Assembly: GCF_018350175.1 (NCBI RefSeq)
Contig: NC_058368.1
Span: forward strand, 144,028,001 to 144,092,000
DNA length: 64,000 nucleotides
Direction of reading: 5' to 3'
From: Felis catus
Taxonomy: Eukaryota
Shown here in pieces: positions 13,088-25,796 of this stretch; position 1 is the first letter of the stretch; each line of letters opens with the position of its first letter. The notes below the pieces were generated by a model. The model worked only from the letters and a program-made list of their open reading frames with translations, did not search any database and was not told the origin of the DNA. The translations under genes and the position numbers were made by a program.

Positions 13088-15333
13088 ATGAACAAGATTA
13101 TCTCCGAGATGTGCAAAATGTATATGATTCTAACCACTGTTCAGTTTCTTCAGAGTTGGCTTCCTCGCTACTACCAAAGGATCAACAATGCATTAATTGT
13201 TGTGCCTCATCAGAAACATGCTATGAAACAAATCAGATTTCTCTGAACAAAACACTTGAGGGACTAACTTCTATACAAAATGAAAAAAATGTAACAGGAC
13301 TTGATCTGCTTTCTTCTGTGGATGGTGGCACTTCAGATGAAATCCAGCCTCTGTATATGGGACGATGTAGTAAACCTGTCTGTGACCTGATAAGTGACAT
13401 GGGTAACTTAGTTCATGTAACAAATAGTGAAGAAGATATTAAACGATTATTGCCACATGATTTTAAGTCTAGTGCAGATTCTTTGATTGGATTGGATTTA
13501 TCTTCAGTGTCAGAAACTCTTCATGCCTCTTCAACAGACCGTGATAATAATACTGTCAGAGAGGAACAGAATGATGTCCACTCTGAATTACAAAATAGAG
13601 AAATTAGTGGAGCTGAAGAATTGGGTATGAAAGTAGATACAACACCTTCAGATTCATGTAATTACAGCGGAAAAGAGAATTTAAAGGACAAAAAGATCTC
13701 TAATCAGTTAGAACCAGTTGTTGATGGTTTTAACATGCCATCTGCTTTGACTCAACAAAGTTCTAAAATGTTTGATACCAAAGACAACCTACAACACAAG
13801 AACCAGCCATGTGAATTACTAAAAGCTGATAGCTGTTTGGTGGAAGATGAAGTAGATGTGGCAGTCATAGCTGCCACAGAATGTTTAAAAGAAGGAGACT
13901 GCACAAGTGCTGTGCCCTGCAGTGTTCCAAAAAATGAAGATTTATACTTACATGACTCAAATTCAAAAGATGAAAATTTCAAATTACCTGACTTTTCCTT
14001 TCAGGAAGATAGGACTGCTGTATTTGTAAAACAATCTGCAAAAGAAGAGTCAAGAAATATAGGTCTTAAAGATAGTCAAGATACAATCCAAGATTCCTCT
14101 CCAGCTTTACAGGTTTCAGATGAAGACATCTATTCCTCATTGACCTGTCTTCCAGTACCTGGGTCTTTGTGTGGATCATTAATTGAAAGTAAAGCACATG
14201 GTGATTGTTTATCACAGAATGAACATAAAGATAACATACAAGACACAGTGACAGTCCATGAAGAAATACAGAAGAGTGTTATTCTGGGTGGGGAACCGTT
14301 GAAGGAGACTGATCATTTGAAACAGGAAAAATGTGAAAACATAATTGAAAAGGTGGGAGATAGAAAGGAAGAGTCCAACCAGATGGTAATCAGAGTTGAA
14401 TCTTTGGATTACCCTGGTAACACAAATTCTTCTACAGCTACAGAATCTCAATTGGAGCTTTCTGGTGCTGATGCCCCAGAGTTTCCTGATGGTTGTGAAG
14501 GTCTCCCTTTTTTAAGCACTGATATCAATGGGCAAGACTTAGATTACTTTAATATTGATGAAGGTATGAAAAGTGGAACACTAATTAGTGATGCTGAACT
14601 TGATGCCTTTCTAACTGAACAGTATCTTCAGACTAGTAACATAAAAGCCTTTGAAGAAAATGTGAATGACTCAAAATCTGAAATGAATCAGATAGATGTG
14701 AAAGGCCTAGATGATGGAAATGTCAGTAATACATATTTCAATGCTGAAACAGGAGCTACTGGGGAAAGTCTTGGTATTAATATGATTTGTGAAACAGTTG
14801 ATAAACAAAATACAACAGAAAATGGTGGCCTTTCTTTAGGGGAAAAAAGTACAATTGCAAATGAACAAGGGTTACCTAACAATAAATCTGAGATTATGAA
14901 TGAATTATCAGTCTCTGATATTAATAGTCAGTCTGTTCATGTTGGAGGGGCTAGACCCAAGCAATTGTTTAGCATTCCATCAAGACCAGGGAGTTCAAAG
15001 GAACCAGGTAAACCAGATGTTCCAAATATCCCTGAAAGCGAACCCAGCACAACAAATACCATTGTTCCAACCACTTGTACTACTGATTCTACAGCTGATC
15101 CTCAGGTTAGCTTCAACTCTAATTACATTGATATAGAAAGTAATTTTGAAGGTGGATCCACTTTTATAACTGTGAGTCAAGAATCTCTACCTGTAAACAC
15201 TTGCAAAGAAGGCCTGGTTTTGGGCCTAAAACAACCTACTTGGGTTCCTGATTCAGAAGCTCCAAACTGTATGAACTGCCAGGTCAAATTTACTTTTACG
15301 AAAAGGCGACACCACTGCCGAGCATGTGGGAAA
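13088..15333 (+). CDS. ZFYVE16: Endofin coding exon 2, giant 2246-nt exon: acidic disordered region plus N-half of the FYVE finger (WVPD...[10 protein letters not shown])
   Basis: ORF 13111-15369; acceptor taattAG|ATGAAC, donor AAA|gtaagt; WxxD and RRHHCR FYVE signatures. Confidence 0.98.
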
Positions 15334-15374
15334 GTAAGTTATAAAAATCTTTGTTTTTTATTCTTTTGAAACAT

Positions 15375-16566
15375 TTATTTTTTTTAACATTTATTTATCT
15401 TGAGAGAGAGTGTGTGCACATGTATGAGTGAGTGGGTGGAGGGCAGAGAGAGAAGAGAGAGAGAAAATCCCAACCAGGCTCTGTGCTGACAGCACAGAGC
15501 CCGACTTGGGGCTGAATCCCACAAACTGGGAGATCATGACCTGAGCTAAAACCAAGAATCTGACACATAACGGACTGAGGTGCTCCTATTCTTTTGAGAC
15601 ATTTAAAATGAAATTTAATGTTATAAAACGGATTGATAGATGATTTAAAGTTTTAGTTTAAAATCACTATTTTTCACCTACATGGAAATAAATAAAACAC
15701 TTTCATTTTATAGATTGCTTGAGAATGAATAAATGTCACATTGTCATTAGTATTACATACTGGGAAATAAGGAATACTAATTACTAGTTTTTATGAAATC
15801 TAAAGAATATGTGTCTTTATCTCTCTAACATTTACACTTGAGATGTCCCAAATTCATTATATCCCCCTGGGTCCTTGAAGTCTTAATTTCAAGACCATTT
15901 TGCAGTTAGTGTTAGAGAGTCTATCTAGGGAAACACTGGGAGAAAGAAAAACAAATTGGTTGCCACAAGGTTCAGAATGCTGAAGCTGGCGTTGTTTGCA
16001 TTCTGACTGCATTGACTATAAACTCTAAGGGTTTCCTATAGAAATAACATTTAATTCTTTCAATTTTTTAATTTATATTCATTTATTTTCATTTTATTTA
16101 TTTTAAAGAGAAAGAGAGTGAGTAGGGGAGGGGGCAGAGGGAGAGAGAGAGAGAGAGAGAGAGAGAACCCCAAATAGCTCCATGCTCAGCACAGACCCCA
16201 ATGTGACCTGAGCTGAAATCAAAAGTTGGATGCTCAACCGACTAAGCCACCCAGGCACCCCAACATTGCATTTTTTATTCAGCACTGATTTTCGGTATTG
16301 GGTTGGTCTCAGATCACCCCTCTTTTCTTTTAGAAAAAAATGACATTCTACCTTTAAAAGTTGTAAATAAAGGACCACAGAAAACTTTAAATTGTAAAGT
16401 TACTCATTAAAGAAAAATTTTGTTCCTTTCCAATGAACAGAATTGACTTAAAGGAATTCCCCTTGTGAGAGATACAATTTTATTTTTATTTTTTTATTAT
16501 TAAAAAATTTTTTTTAAAGTTTTATTTATTTTTGAGAGAGAGTGAGAGAGCAAGAGCCGGGGAGGA

Positions 16567-16603
<37 letters not shown>

Positions 16604-16635
16604 CCAAAGCAAATTCTAGGCTCTGAGCTGTCAGC

Positions 16636-16674
<39 letters not shown>

Positions 16675-16800
16675 CCAAAGCAAATTCTAGGCTCTGAGCT
16701 GTCAGCCCAGAGCCTGATGTGGGGCTCAAACTCATGAACCACAAGATCATGACATGAGCTGAATTCGATGCTTAACCAACTGAGCCACCTAGCCACTCCA
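15375..16800 (-). mobile_element. Three antisense CAN-SINEs (15375-15586, 16060-16261, 16480-16800)
   Basis: SINE motifs; first has TSD tattcttttga(a/g)acattt. Confidence 0.88.
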
Positions 16801-17013
16801 GAGATATGATTTTAAGTTGCAGAAACCTCATTGAATTAAAACAAATAAAAAATAATTATTTTAATAACTATGATTATGGTGATTAGAAAAATTATTTATA
16901 TCATCAAAAAAATGGTGTTTGGTTAATTAGATTTTGGGCCTCCTCTCTCCCTGCCTCCTGTAGGTATAAACATGCTTGACACAAAACCAAATTCGATATT
17001 TTATTCTTTATAG

Positions 17014-17110
17014 GTCTTTTGTGGTGTCTGTTGTAATAGGAAGTGTAAACTGCAATATCTAGAAAAGGAAGCAAGAGTATGTGTAGTCTGCTTTGAGTCT
17101 ATAAGTAAAG
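17014..17110 (+). CDS. ZFYVE16: Coding exon 3, C-half of the FYVE finger ([32 protein letters not shown])
   Basis: tttatAG|GTCTTT ... AAAG|gtgagt; 97 nt; RVC motif. Confidence 0.97.
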
Positions 17111-17727
17111 GTGAGTATTAACTTGACATATTTTCTTCCAGTAATTGAATATATCTTAAAAACAATTGGATTGTGACAAAGAAAAACTTCTTTATTTTCT
17201 TAAGGCGAGGACCTAGTGTTGACTTATCTGGCTTAGGTGGGCCATCCCACGGCTTGGTTTCTCTTCTTTTTGTTCTACTCTCACAATTAATACTACCAAT
17301 CCGGAAAGGAAGCAGTTTCTGGAGTGGCAGTTCATTAACTTTTAACAGGTACCAAGTCCCTAAATGCTGCATTTCATCTGCCTATTTGTTTTGTCAACAT
17401 CATTGTCATCCTTATCATCTTAATCTAAACTTATAGAATAGTTACTGTTGAATAGTATTTAGTGTTACACACTAATAGCATAAGGCAAGATAATTGTTCC
17501 CACCCTTTAGAAAATTATAATCTAAGATGGGAATAAAAAATAAGGTAGTAATATTTATGATTTTATATATAAATTCATAGAACTGTCACAGTATTAGCAC
17601 ATTTTTGTCTCATATTTTTTTCCCTTCTCAATTTTAGAATTTTGTTTGTATGAATTTCCCATTGTTTCTGGCTCCCTAGCTTAGCTACCATTATCAGCAA
17701 GTCTTGGTAGTCTTATTTGTGTTCTCA

Positions 17728-17729
<2 letters not shown>

Positions 17730-17777
<48 letters not shown>
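17730..17777. repeat. (TG)n microsatellite
   Basis: Perfect dinucleotide run. Confidence 0.95.
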
Positions 17778-17778
<1 letters not shown>

Positions 17779-18989
17779 GTATTGTGCTTTTTCCCTCAAA
17801 TACACATTTGCTCTTTTGAGTACTTCTTGGCATTTTGAAAGATTTGTTGACAGTTTAATTCCCAGCAAATATGACTTGGGACTTTTCAATACCAGGCCTG
17901 TGCTTTTAGCTCAGGTACTGCTTCCCCTGTTAGCCAGGAGAATAAATAGCTGATAATAATTTGTTTTTCTCTTTTGAATGAAGATAAAATTTTTCATCAG
18001 TTTTCCAAAAAGCTCTGATGGGAGTCTATTAGCCTGAGGTAAGCTACTTTACTCCCTGTTGTTGCCCCTTGCTCTGGAAGATAACAGAGTGTGAACTTTT
18101 TATATTTCCATATTACCAACATCGTTTATGAAGAGGTTAGTGTAAGACTTTATAGTTGTTTTGGTTTTTTTCCCATGCTGTTTCAGTAGCCCCAGAAGAC
18201 TGCTGGTGCTGGTGGCCAGACAGCCTGCTAGAATTCAGGAATAGAATTCAGGCTCCCACATAATTCTCTCTCCCTACTTGAAAAAAAATAAAATAGCCAC
18301 TAATATTTGAAACATTATTTGAGTTGACATGTCAGAGTTTTAGGTGAACATTCAAACATTTTGACTGTAAGGTACCAGGAGAAAAGATGCAGTCATTAAA
18401 GAGACTCAGTAGGATTTTGGGATCATGCTTTAGTTTCTCAAAGAAAATATCTTGGAATAAATTTGGTTATTTAGTTATCTGTTTTATTTATTCTGTATGA
18501 TACCTTCTAGAATATATTCTCACAGTTCTATTTAACATTAATTTATACACCACAAGAAAACAAACACAAGTTATTTTAATAATCAACTTTAGGGTTGAAG
18601 ATGGTAGAAGTGACCATTTAAAATAATGTTATTAAATAAGATGAGAAAGATGGCTCAAGAAGGGTTGTTAGATTCCATAAAGGATTAAGAAGAAAAGATA
18701 GTTTAAATAGAGATTATGGATAATGAGGAAGCTGTGCTGAGACTGTGTAAGTTTCAAGGAAGCTCGCATGTGAGTGCCATTAGGTAGATTTGGGGCAAGT
18801 TGGACATTACTCAAAACTCAGAGTAAGATGTTTGGATTTTATTTGGTGAGGGGAAGCTGATTCATGAGAGTGCTGTCATTCAGTGGACTTTGAGGAAGAT
18901 GACTGTAGCAGTGGCAACATATCTAGCAGATTGGTTTGGAGAAATGCTGAAGGGAGAGCTCTCAGTGCCTGTTCTATGTTATTTGGATA

Positions 18990-19700
18990 AAAAGTCATTC
19001 ACCAACATTCAAGCAACATTTTGCATTTTGGAGCTCTAGCTGTGAAAGAATATATTTCCTGTTCTCATGGAACTTATGACCTCATGGAGCTTAGGAATGT
19101 GGGGAGAGATGGATAGTTAGGAAAGAGAATTATCAGATGGCGATAATATCCTAAATGAAAATAAAAGATTATAAGAGGGAAGGATAGTACCGGATTGGTA
19201 ACAATGAAAATAAAAGATTATAAGAGGGATGGATAGTACCGGATTGGTAACAAGAAGTAGTGTTTTTTAATGTTGGGCAGAATAAGGCTTTATGATATGA
19301 CATGAGAGCAGAGACTTAAAGTGAGAGAATAAAGCTGAGAATAAAGTGAGTATTTGTGGAAGAACATTCCAGGCAGAGAGAATAAAAGCCAAGACTCTAA
19401 GCTAGGAGAGTGCTTATTTGACTTGTTGAAGAACAAGGAGGCCTGGTGGCTGGATCATAATGAGCAAGTGGGATCGTAGTGAGAGATGAGGTCAGAGAGC
19501 TAAGTGGGAAGACAGAGGAGGTAGGGATGTAGACGGGGTAGGGTCTTGTGAGCCACTGTAACAACTGGGATTTTCACTCCAGTTGGGAACCAATTAAAGT
19601 ATTTTAAACAGGAATGATGTGATAGGATTTATGTCTTAAAAGAATCACACTGAACTGTGTCAAAAACAGACTGTAGGGGTAACAAGGACAAAAACCAAGA
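18990..19700. mobile_element. L2 remnant containing a 49-bp tandem duplication
   Basis: 'gaagaacattccaggcagag...gagatgaggtcagagag...aggaatgatgtgat' L2 motifs. Confidence 0.7.
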
Positions 19701-19959
19701 CAGTCATATTAAATAGCAGTTATTTCCTTTAGTAGATATCAAACATATGCTAAATAGAATATTGAGACAATTGGTAACTTATAGTGAAGTAGGGTGCTGC
19801 CAGCTGGAGTAAGGTCATTGTCTTTGCCAAGTGCCACTTCTTTTTCTTGCTTAGCCATTGAGTTCTTTCTCCTCACAACTTGAAAAAATAGATAATTTAT
19901 CATAATTTACTTTGAAGTTCAAAAATATTTTAATATTTTAATATTTTTCCCCTTTATAG

Positions 19960-20121
19960 CTCAGGCATTCGAAAGGATGATGAGTCCAACTGGTTCTAAT
20001 CTTAAATCTAATCATTCTGATGAATGTGCCAACATCCAGCCTCTTCAGGAGAGTCAAACATCCAGTATACCTTCACCTACAACTTTACCGATCTCAGCCC
20101 TTAAACAACCAAGTGTTGAAG
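19960..20121 (+). CDS. ZFYVE16: Coding exon 4 ([16 protein letters not shown]...ALKQPSVE)
   Basis: cctttatAG|CTCAGG ... GAAG|gtaatt; 162 nt, frame continuous. Confidence 0.95.
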
Positions 20122-20179
20122 GTAATTAGAAGAAAATGCTGTGTCTTAGACTAAAGATAATTTTAAATGGAATTTTTCT

Positions 20180-20806
20180 AGTTTGATAGAGTCTAGCGAG
20201 GACTAGACTAGATATCAGAAGAAATTTAGTACAGGGAACTGGTAGGTATATGTGTTAGAAGGCTGGAAGAGCAAAAATGGCATGCTCAAGTGACTCAGAG
20301 ATTGCTAACTGCAGGAAACAACCACTACCCATAGGGTTGGGGTAATGAACAGTGAAAGGCAGTATTCTAGAACTCAGTGCAGGAGTACCAGGAGGTGTTT
20401 GGTTCTCAGAACTGGGATTCAGGGCTTGGGGTACTATGTGGCTGGTATTGTGATTTCTGGGGGAGCACCAAGTGGCAAATCCTGGAACCATCAAGGGCTC
20501 TCATACAATTGGTGTTCAGTTGAGCAAAGGAGTGATCCAGGCTTGATATTAGGAGTACTGAAAATTGCATGGCATGCCCGTGTATCTGGTGGTACTGCTG
20601 CTGTAAGGATCCTGGAAGGAATTGGAAACAGAATTCCTTCTCTTCCCACCTTCCAGTCTCCCACCAACACTATTGGCAGATCATGGTCAGAGCCAACCAG
20701 CAAGGGGGTCTGGGAGTTGCACTTTCCAGACGTTAGCCTGGCATCAAAGAGCACCTTATATAGAAGGGTGGGCTTGGGTTTGAGAGACAAGTAAGTAACT
20801 GGCACA
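20180..20806 (-). mobile_element. ERVL-class solo LTR (LTR41-like)
   Basis: Ends 'gggtgggcttgggtttgagagacaagtaagtaactggcaca', the reverse complement of a TGTGCC-starting ERVL LTR. Confidence 0.6.
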
Positions 20807-20949
20807 TCTCCCTTTCTTCAAAAATCTGTTTTTAAATGTATATTTTACTACAATAAAAATGTTTTTAAAACCTACTTAAAAATCTTTGGGTTCTCTGGTC
20901 TTTTTTTTACAGGTGTTGTAGTTTAGGGTCTTCAGTAAAGCCTGTGTAC

Positions 20950-20962
20950 ATTTTTTAAAAAT

Positions 20963-20999
<37 letters not shown>

Positions 21000-21834
21000 A
21001 GAGAATGAGTGGGGTAGGGGCAGAGAGAGAGGGAGACACAGAATCCGAAGTACCTCCAGGCTCTGAGCTGTCAGCACAGAGCCCAAAGCGGGGCTCAGAC
21101 TCATGAACTGTGAGATCATGACCTGAGCCGAAGTTGGACGCTCAACGACTGAGACACCCAGGTGACCCAGTCTGTGTACATTTTTAAACTTAAACTATTA
21201 GCCTCTAACTTGCTAGAAGATAAGTGTAAATGTCAGTTAAAGGCAGATTCAGATACTTCTGATAATTATTTTGGATTTCAGTTTATCTTTTTAATTTTAA
21301 GTATACTTTTTAAAAAAAATTTTTTAAATGTCTTTATTTTGGAGAGAGAGAGAGAGAGAGAGAGGGACAGAGCGTGAGGAGGGGAGGGACAGAGAGAGAG
21401 AGGGAGGTACAGAATCTGAAGCAGGCGCCAGGCTCTGAGCTGTCAGCACAGAGCCCAATGCAGGGCTTGAACTCACTATGAGATCATGACCTGAGCCGTT
21501 GGATGCTTAGTTGGAGGTTTGGATGCTTAACCGACTGAGCCATCCAGGCGCCCCTCAGTTTCTCTCTTAATACAGCTGTTTTCCATTTGTCATTATAATT
21601 TAAATAAGATTCAGGATATATGGTTGTATGTTATAGCTCTAAAATGAATAAGTATACTTTAAAAATATTTACATATTCTAGGGGCGCCTGGGTGGCTCAG
21701 TCGGTTAAGCATCTGACTTTGGCTCAGGTCATGATCCCATGGTTCATGAGTTCGAGCCCTGCATCGGGCTCTGTGCTGACAGAGCCTGGAGCCTGCTTCA
21801 GATTCTGTGTCTCCCTCTCTCTCTGCCCCTCCCC

Positions 21835-21871
<37 letters not shown>

Positions 21872-22195
21872 ACAAATAAATAAACATTAAAAAATTTTTT
21901 TTAAAAATATTTACATATTGTCTTATCTTGACATCCTAAATTATTAAATTATAAAAGTATTGCAGATACATGAAAGATACCGTATTTAAGTTTTTTTTAA
22001 CATTTATTTATTTCTGAGACAGAGACAGAGTGCAAGTGGGGAAAGGGCAAAGAGAGAAGGAGACAGAATCTGAAGCAGGCTTCAGGTTTTGAGCTGTCAA
22101 CACAGAGCCTGGTGTGAGGCTCAAACTCACAAATCCTGAGATCATGACCTGAGCCGAAGTCAGATGCTTAACTGACTGAGCTCCCAGGCACCCCC
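20950..22195. mobile_element. Four CAN-SINEs (-, -, +, -)
   Basis: 20950-21167, 21310-21554, 21681-21905 (+), 21990-22195. Confidence 0.9.
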
Positions 22196-22972
22196 GAAAG
22201 ATACCTTATTTAGAATGTCTATCCATAATGCAAAAGTTATGTGTGATGCCAGTTTTCTCAGTGTTATCTGTATTATGTTCTAGAAGGTAGATGTCAATCT
22301 TTTGATTTTTATATTCTAAAACCATCTGGCAGCTTTTTTCATAACCTCCATCTGTGGATGCTTTGTAATAAAAGAACATATATTTATGCTGATAGCTAAT
22401 TATTTTCTCCAAATTTGGGAGGGAAATATTAATAAAATCCAATATCCACATTGTAAGAACAAAAATTATTATGCTTCTTTCGTTAAGTAAATTAAAAATA
22501 AGAAATGACCTCTGATGCACAAGTGATCTTGTTGCCCTTTTTAGACTTTTTATACTTCTTTCTGTTTTTCCATGTTTTTCTTTGCTTATCTACCATCCTC
22601 CAGTCTACTCCATTTTTCCACCTTGTGCTGTGGTCTTTAAATTTTATTCAGTTTTCGCTCACTCCTCAGAAACGTATGCTTAGTAATACAGGCTTTAAAT
22701 CTGCCCCCAGTGTCCTAAAGATATAACCTCTCCTGTCCACTTATTCTGAGTATGTAATTCCCAGTGTTACTCCTTCCTTTTTTATGAATTAGGAAAAGAC
22801 TTCCATTCTGGGTAGATGAATCATAAAAGGTCATTTCTCTAGGCCTTTGCAATCCTGAGAAGGCACGTCTTGCCGATGGGTAGCAAGAAGCTTTTGAAAT
22901 CACTTCCCAACCGATTTAGTATTAAATCATTGTAATATTACCAAATTCAAGTACTTTATAAACTGATCCTAG

Positions 22973-23115
22973 GATTATGCTCCAAAGAACAGAAGAGAGT
23001 ATGGTTCGCAGATGGTATACTGCCCAATGGTGAGGTTGCAGATACAACAAAATTATCATCTGGAAGTAAAAGATGTCCTGAAGACGTTAGTCCTCTCTTG
23101 CCTGATATGCCCTTG
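22973..23115 (+). CDS. ZFYVE16: Coding exon 5 with the PP1-binding RVxF motif ([14 protein letters not shown])
   Basis: cctAG|GATTAT ... TTG|gtaagg; 143 nt; RVWFADG motif shared with SARA. Confidence 0.96.
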
Positions 23116-23200
23116 GTAAGGAATCTAAAGAATGACTTGTTGATTTAATAAGATTTTATTTTATGTATATTCTGTAGCATGATTATTATAGTACTTATTT

Positions 23201-23422
23201 AAAAAAAATTTTTTTTCAACGTTTTTTATTTATTTTTGGGACAGAGAGAGACAGAGCATGAACGGGGGAGGGGCAGAGAGAGAGGGAGACACAGAATCGG
23301 AAACAGGCTCCAGGCTCCGAGCCATCAGCCCAGAGCCTGACGCGGGGCTCGAACTCAGGGACCGCGAGATCGTGACCTGGCTGAAGTCGGACGCTTAACC
23401 GACTGCGCCACCCAGGCGCCCC
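23201..23422 (-). mobile_element. Young felid SINEC_Fc-type SINE
   Basis: CpG-intact body ('gagccatcagcccagag', 'gactgcgccacccaggcgcccc'); perfect TSD agtacttattt at 23190 and 23423. Confidence 0.93.
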
Positions 23423-23499
23423 AGTACTTATTTTTTTAATACTGTGAGCTTCCTAAAGTGAGAAATATATGATGTAGTGAATATATTTTAGATTTTACC

Positions 23500-24390
23500 T
23501 TTTTTAAAAACATTTATTTTGAGAGAGAGAAAGAGAACATGCATGTGAGAGGGAAGGGCAGAGAGATAGGGAGAGAGAGAACCCTCAGCAAGTTCCACCC
23601 TGTCAGGGCAGAGCCCAACATGGGGCTCAGTCTCACAAGCTGTGAGATCATGACCTGAGCAGAAATCAAGAGCCAGGTGCTTAACTGACTGAGCCACCCA
23701 GGCACCCCAGATTTTACCTTTTTTAATGTCAGTTTAAGGTAATGATTCTCAGACTTTTTGCTCTCAGGATGCCTTTATGCTCTTAAAACTTACTTAGACC
23801 TTCAAAGAGCTACTATAGGTTATGTGGGTTATACCTAGTGATAATTCCTGTATTAAAATTGTGAAAAATATAAAAGTTAATTTAAAAATAAATTTGTTAT
23901 ATTAATAGAAGTAGTATTTTTATAGACATTTTAAAATAAAAGTTGAGTGAGAGGAATGACACTTTCATATTTTTGCAAAATTCTTTGATGTCTGTCTTAA
24001 TACAAGATTCTCACATCTGCTTCCATATTCAGTCTGTTGTGTTATGTTGCTTTTGGTTAAATTATATGAAGAAAATCCTAGGACCTCACTGACTCCCTGA
24101 AAGGATCTTGAGGATCTCAGAGATCTCTGACTCACATTTGAAAAAAAAAATTTCCTAATCTTTATTTATTTTTGAGAGCTAGAGAGACAGAGTGCAAGCA
24201 GGGGAGGAACAGAGAGACGGTGGGGGACACAGAATCCAAAGCAGGCTCCAGGCTCTGAGCTGTCAGCAAAGAGCCTGACGCGGGGCTCGAACCCACAAAC
24301 CATGAGATCATTACCTGAGCTGATGTCGGACGCTTAACCGACTGAGCCACCCAGGCACCCCCCTGACTTACGTTTTAAGAACCACTGGTG
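23500..24390. mobile_element. Antisense CAN-SINE (23500-23708), then a hAT-Charlie remnant interrupted by an antisense SINE (24150-24362)
   Basis: SINE motifs; Charlie-like sequence similar to 393-816, ending 'gaaccactg'. Confidence 0.7.
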
Positions 24391-25420
24391 TAACAAAATA
24401 GAACTGAGATTTAGTAATTTAATTTAGACTAATATGTGTTTAGTGATTTTCATACATTCAATAAAGTATCTGATAGTGGTATTTATGTTTGCATTTAAAC
24501 AAATATGCTAGGTGTTAAATAAAAGATAAGTAAGACGGAATCCCAGCCCACTAAGAACTCTTATTGTAAAGTAGCAAAATATTAATAGAAGTGAGTATTA
24601 ATACATGAAATTGGAATGCTTTTACTCAGTAAACAAATTTATTGAGCATCTACTCTGTGCCAGTTACCTGATTTATCCTGGGTATAGACAAGATTGTCAT
24701 GTATCCTACTCTGTTTAAATTCACATAGCATATAAACCTATGCTTTTTTGTCGGGGTTCATGAGCTAGAATTTACAAATAGCCATAATTACCCAAAGTAT
24801 GTTTCTTAGCTAACACCTACCCTCAATTGATATTTTAACAAAATAAAAGTTCTAAACAGGCTGGTAAGTTTTACTTGAGTTCAAACTGGTTCTCATTTAA
24901 TAATGACTCAGCTTTGGCCAGTTCAAAAAGAAAGGGGCTTTACTGAAGCTTGAAATGTTGTTTATTGGTGGTTACTATTGAGGAATATACCTACCACTCT
25001 GCTTCCTAACCACTCCCCTCCCTGCTTTACCTGCTGATCTCTCCCTTGGTCCCCTCCCCACACCAAAGGCTTTTTGGCTATTGCCAGGAGAGTTTAGTTG
25101 AACTAAATTTGCTTAGTGTGTGATATGGTACAGGATCCTGAAGTTCTTCTTGCCTCCTTTTTCTAGTCTATAAAATTAAAGTCATTAACACCTACTGAGT
25201 ATATGATATAGTAAAGTTAAGTCTTACTCTTCAGAATTTAAAGAAGCAAAATGGTACTGTTTCTTGGCAAATTTGGCTTCTGAAGAATTTCCGAGCCCAT
25301 TTTGGTTTTATTTATTCTTGTTAAAAAGGTTATCTTTGCTTATAGCGATTAACATTTCACAATTGAACAGAGAATATGAACTGATGTGTTTTGTTTTGTT
25401 TTTAATTCCATATTTTACAG

Positions 25421-25796
25421 ACAGTAAACACAGTGGATCATGCCCATTCTACTGCAGTGGAGAAAGCAAACAATGAGATAGGAGAGATTACAAATGACAT
25501 AATTCGGAGTCCTATTTCTCAGGTTCCATCTGTGGAAAAACTGCCTATAAACACAGGAACTGAGGGGTTACCTACTTCTTGTTCTTTTACACTAAATGAT
25601 GATGTTTTTGCAGAAATTGAGGGACCACCTACTCCTACTGATGTCTTAGTTCACAGCAATTTACCTGTTGCTAGTACTTCGGATTATAGGTTACTGTGTG
25701 ATATTGACAAGAATGTTTGCAATAAGATTAGTCTTCTACCTAATGATGAGGACGGTTTGCCCCCTCTTATGGTTGCATCTGGAGAAAAGGGATCAG
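25421..25796 (+). CDS. ZFYVE16: Coding exon 6 (TVNTVDHAH...ASGEKGS)
   Basis: ttttacAG|ACAGTA ... TCAG|gtagga; 376 nt; matches ORF 25433-25816. Confidence 0.95.

Noticed and set aside
15334..15369. ORF extension [11 protein letters not shown] after the giant exon
   Set aside because: Intron read-through past a good GTAAGT donor; would break the FYVE finger, and there is no further support.
20345..20794. 149-aa plus-strand ORF (and overlapping 104-aa minus ORF)
   Set aside because: Lies within a degraded ERVL-type LTR; no recognizable domain or splice context.
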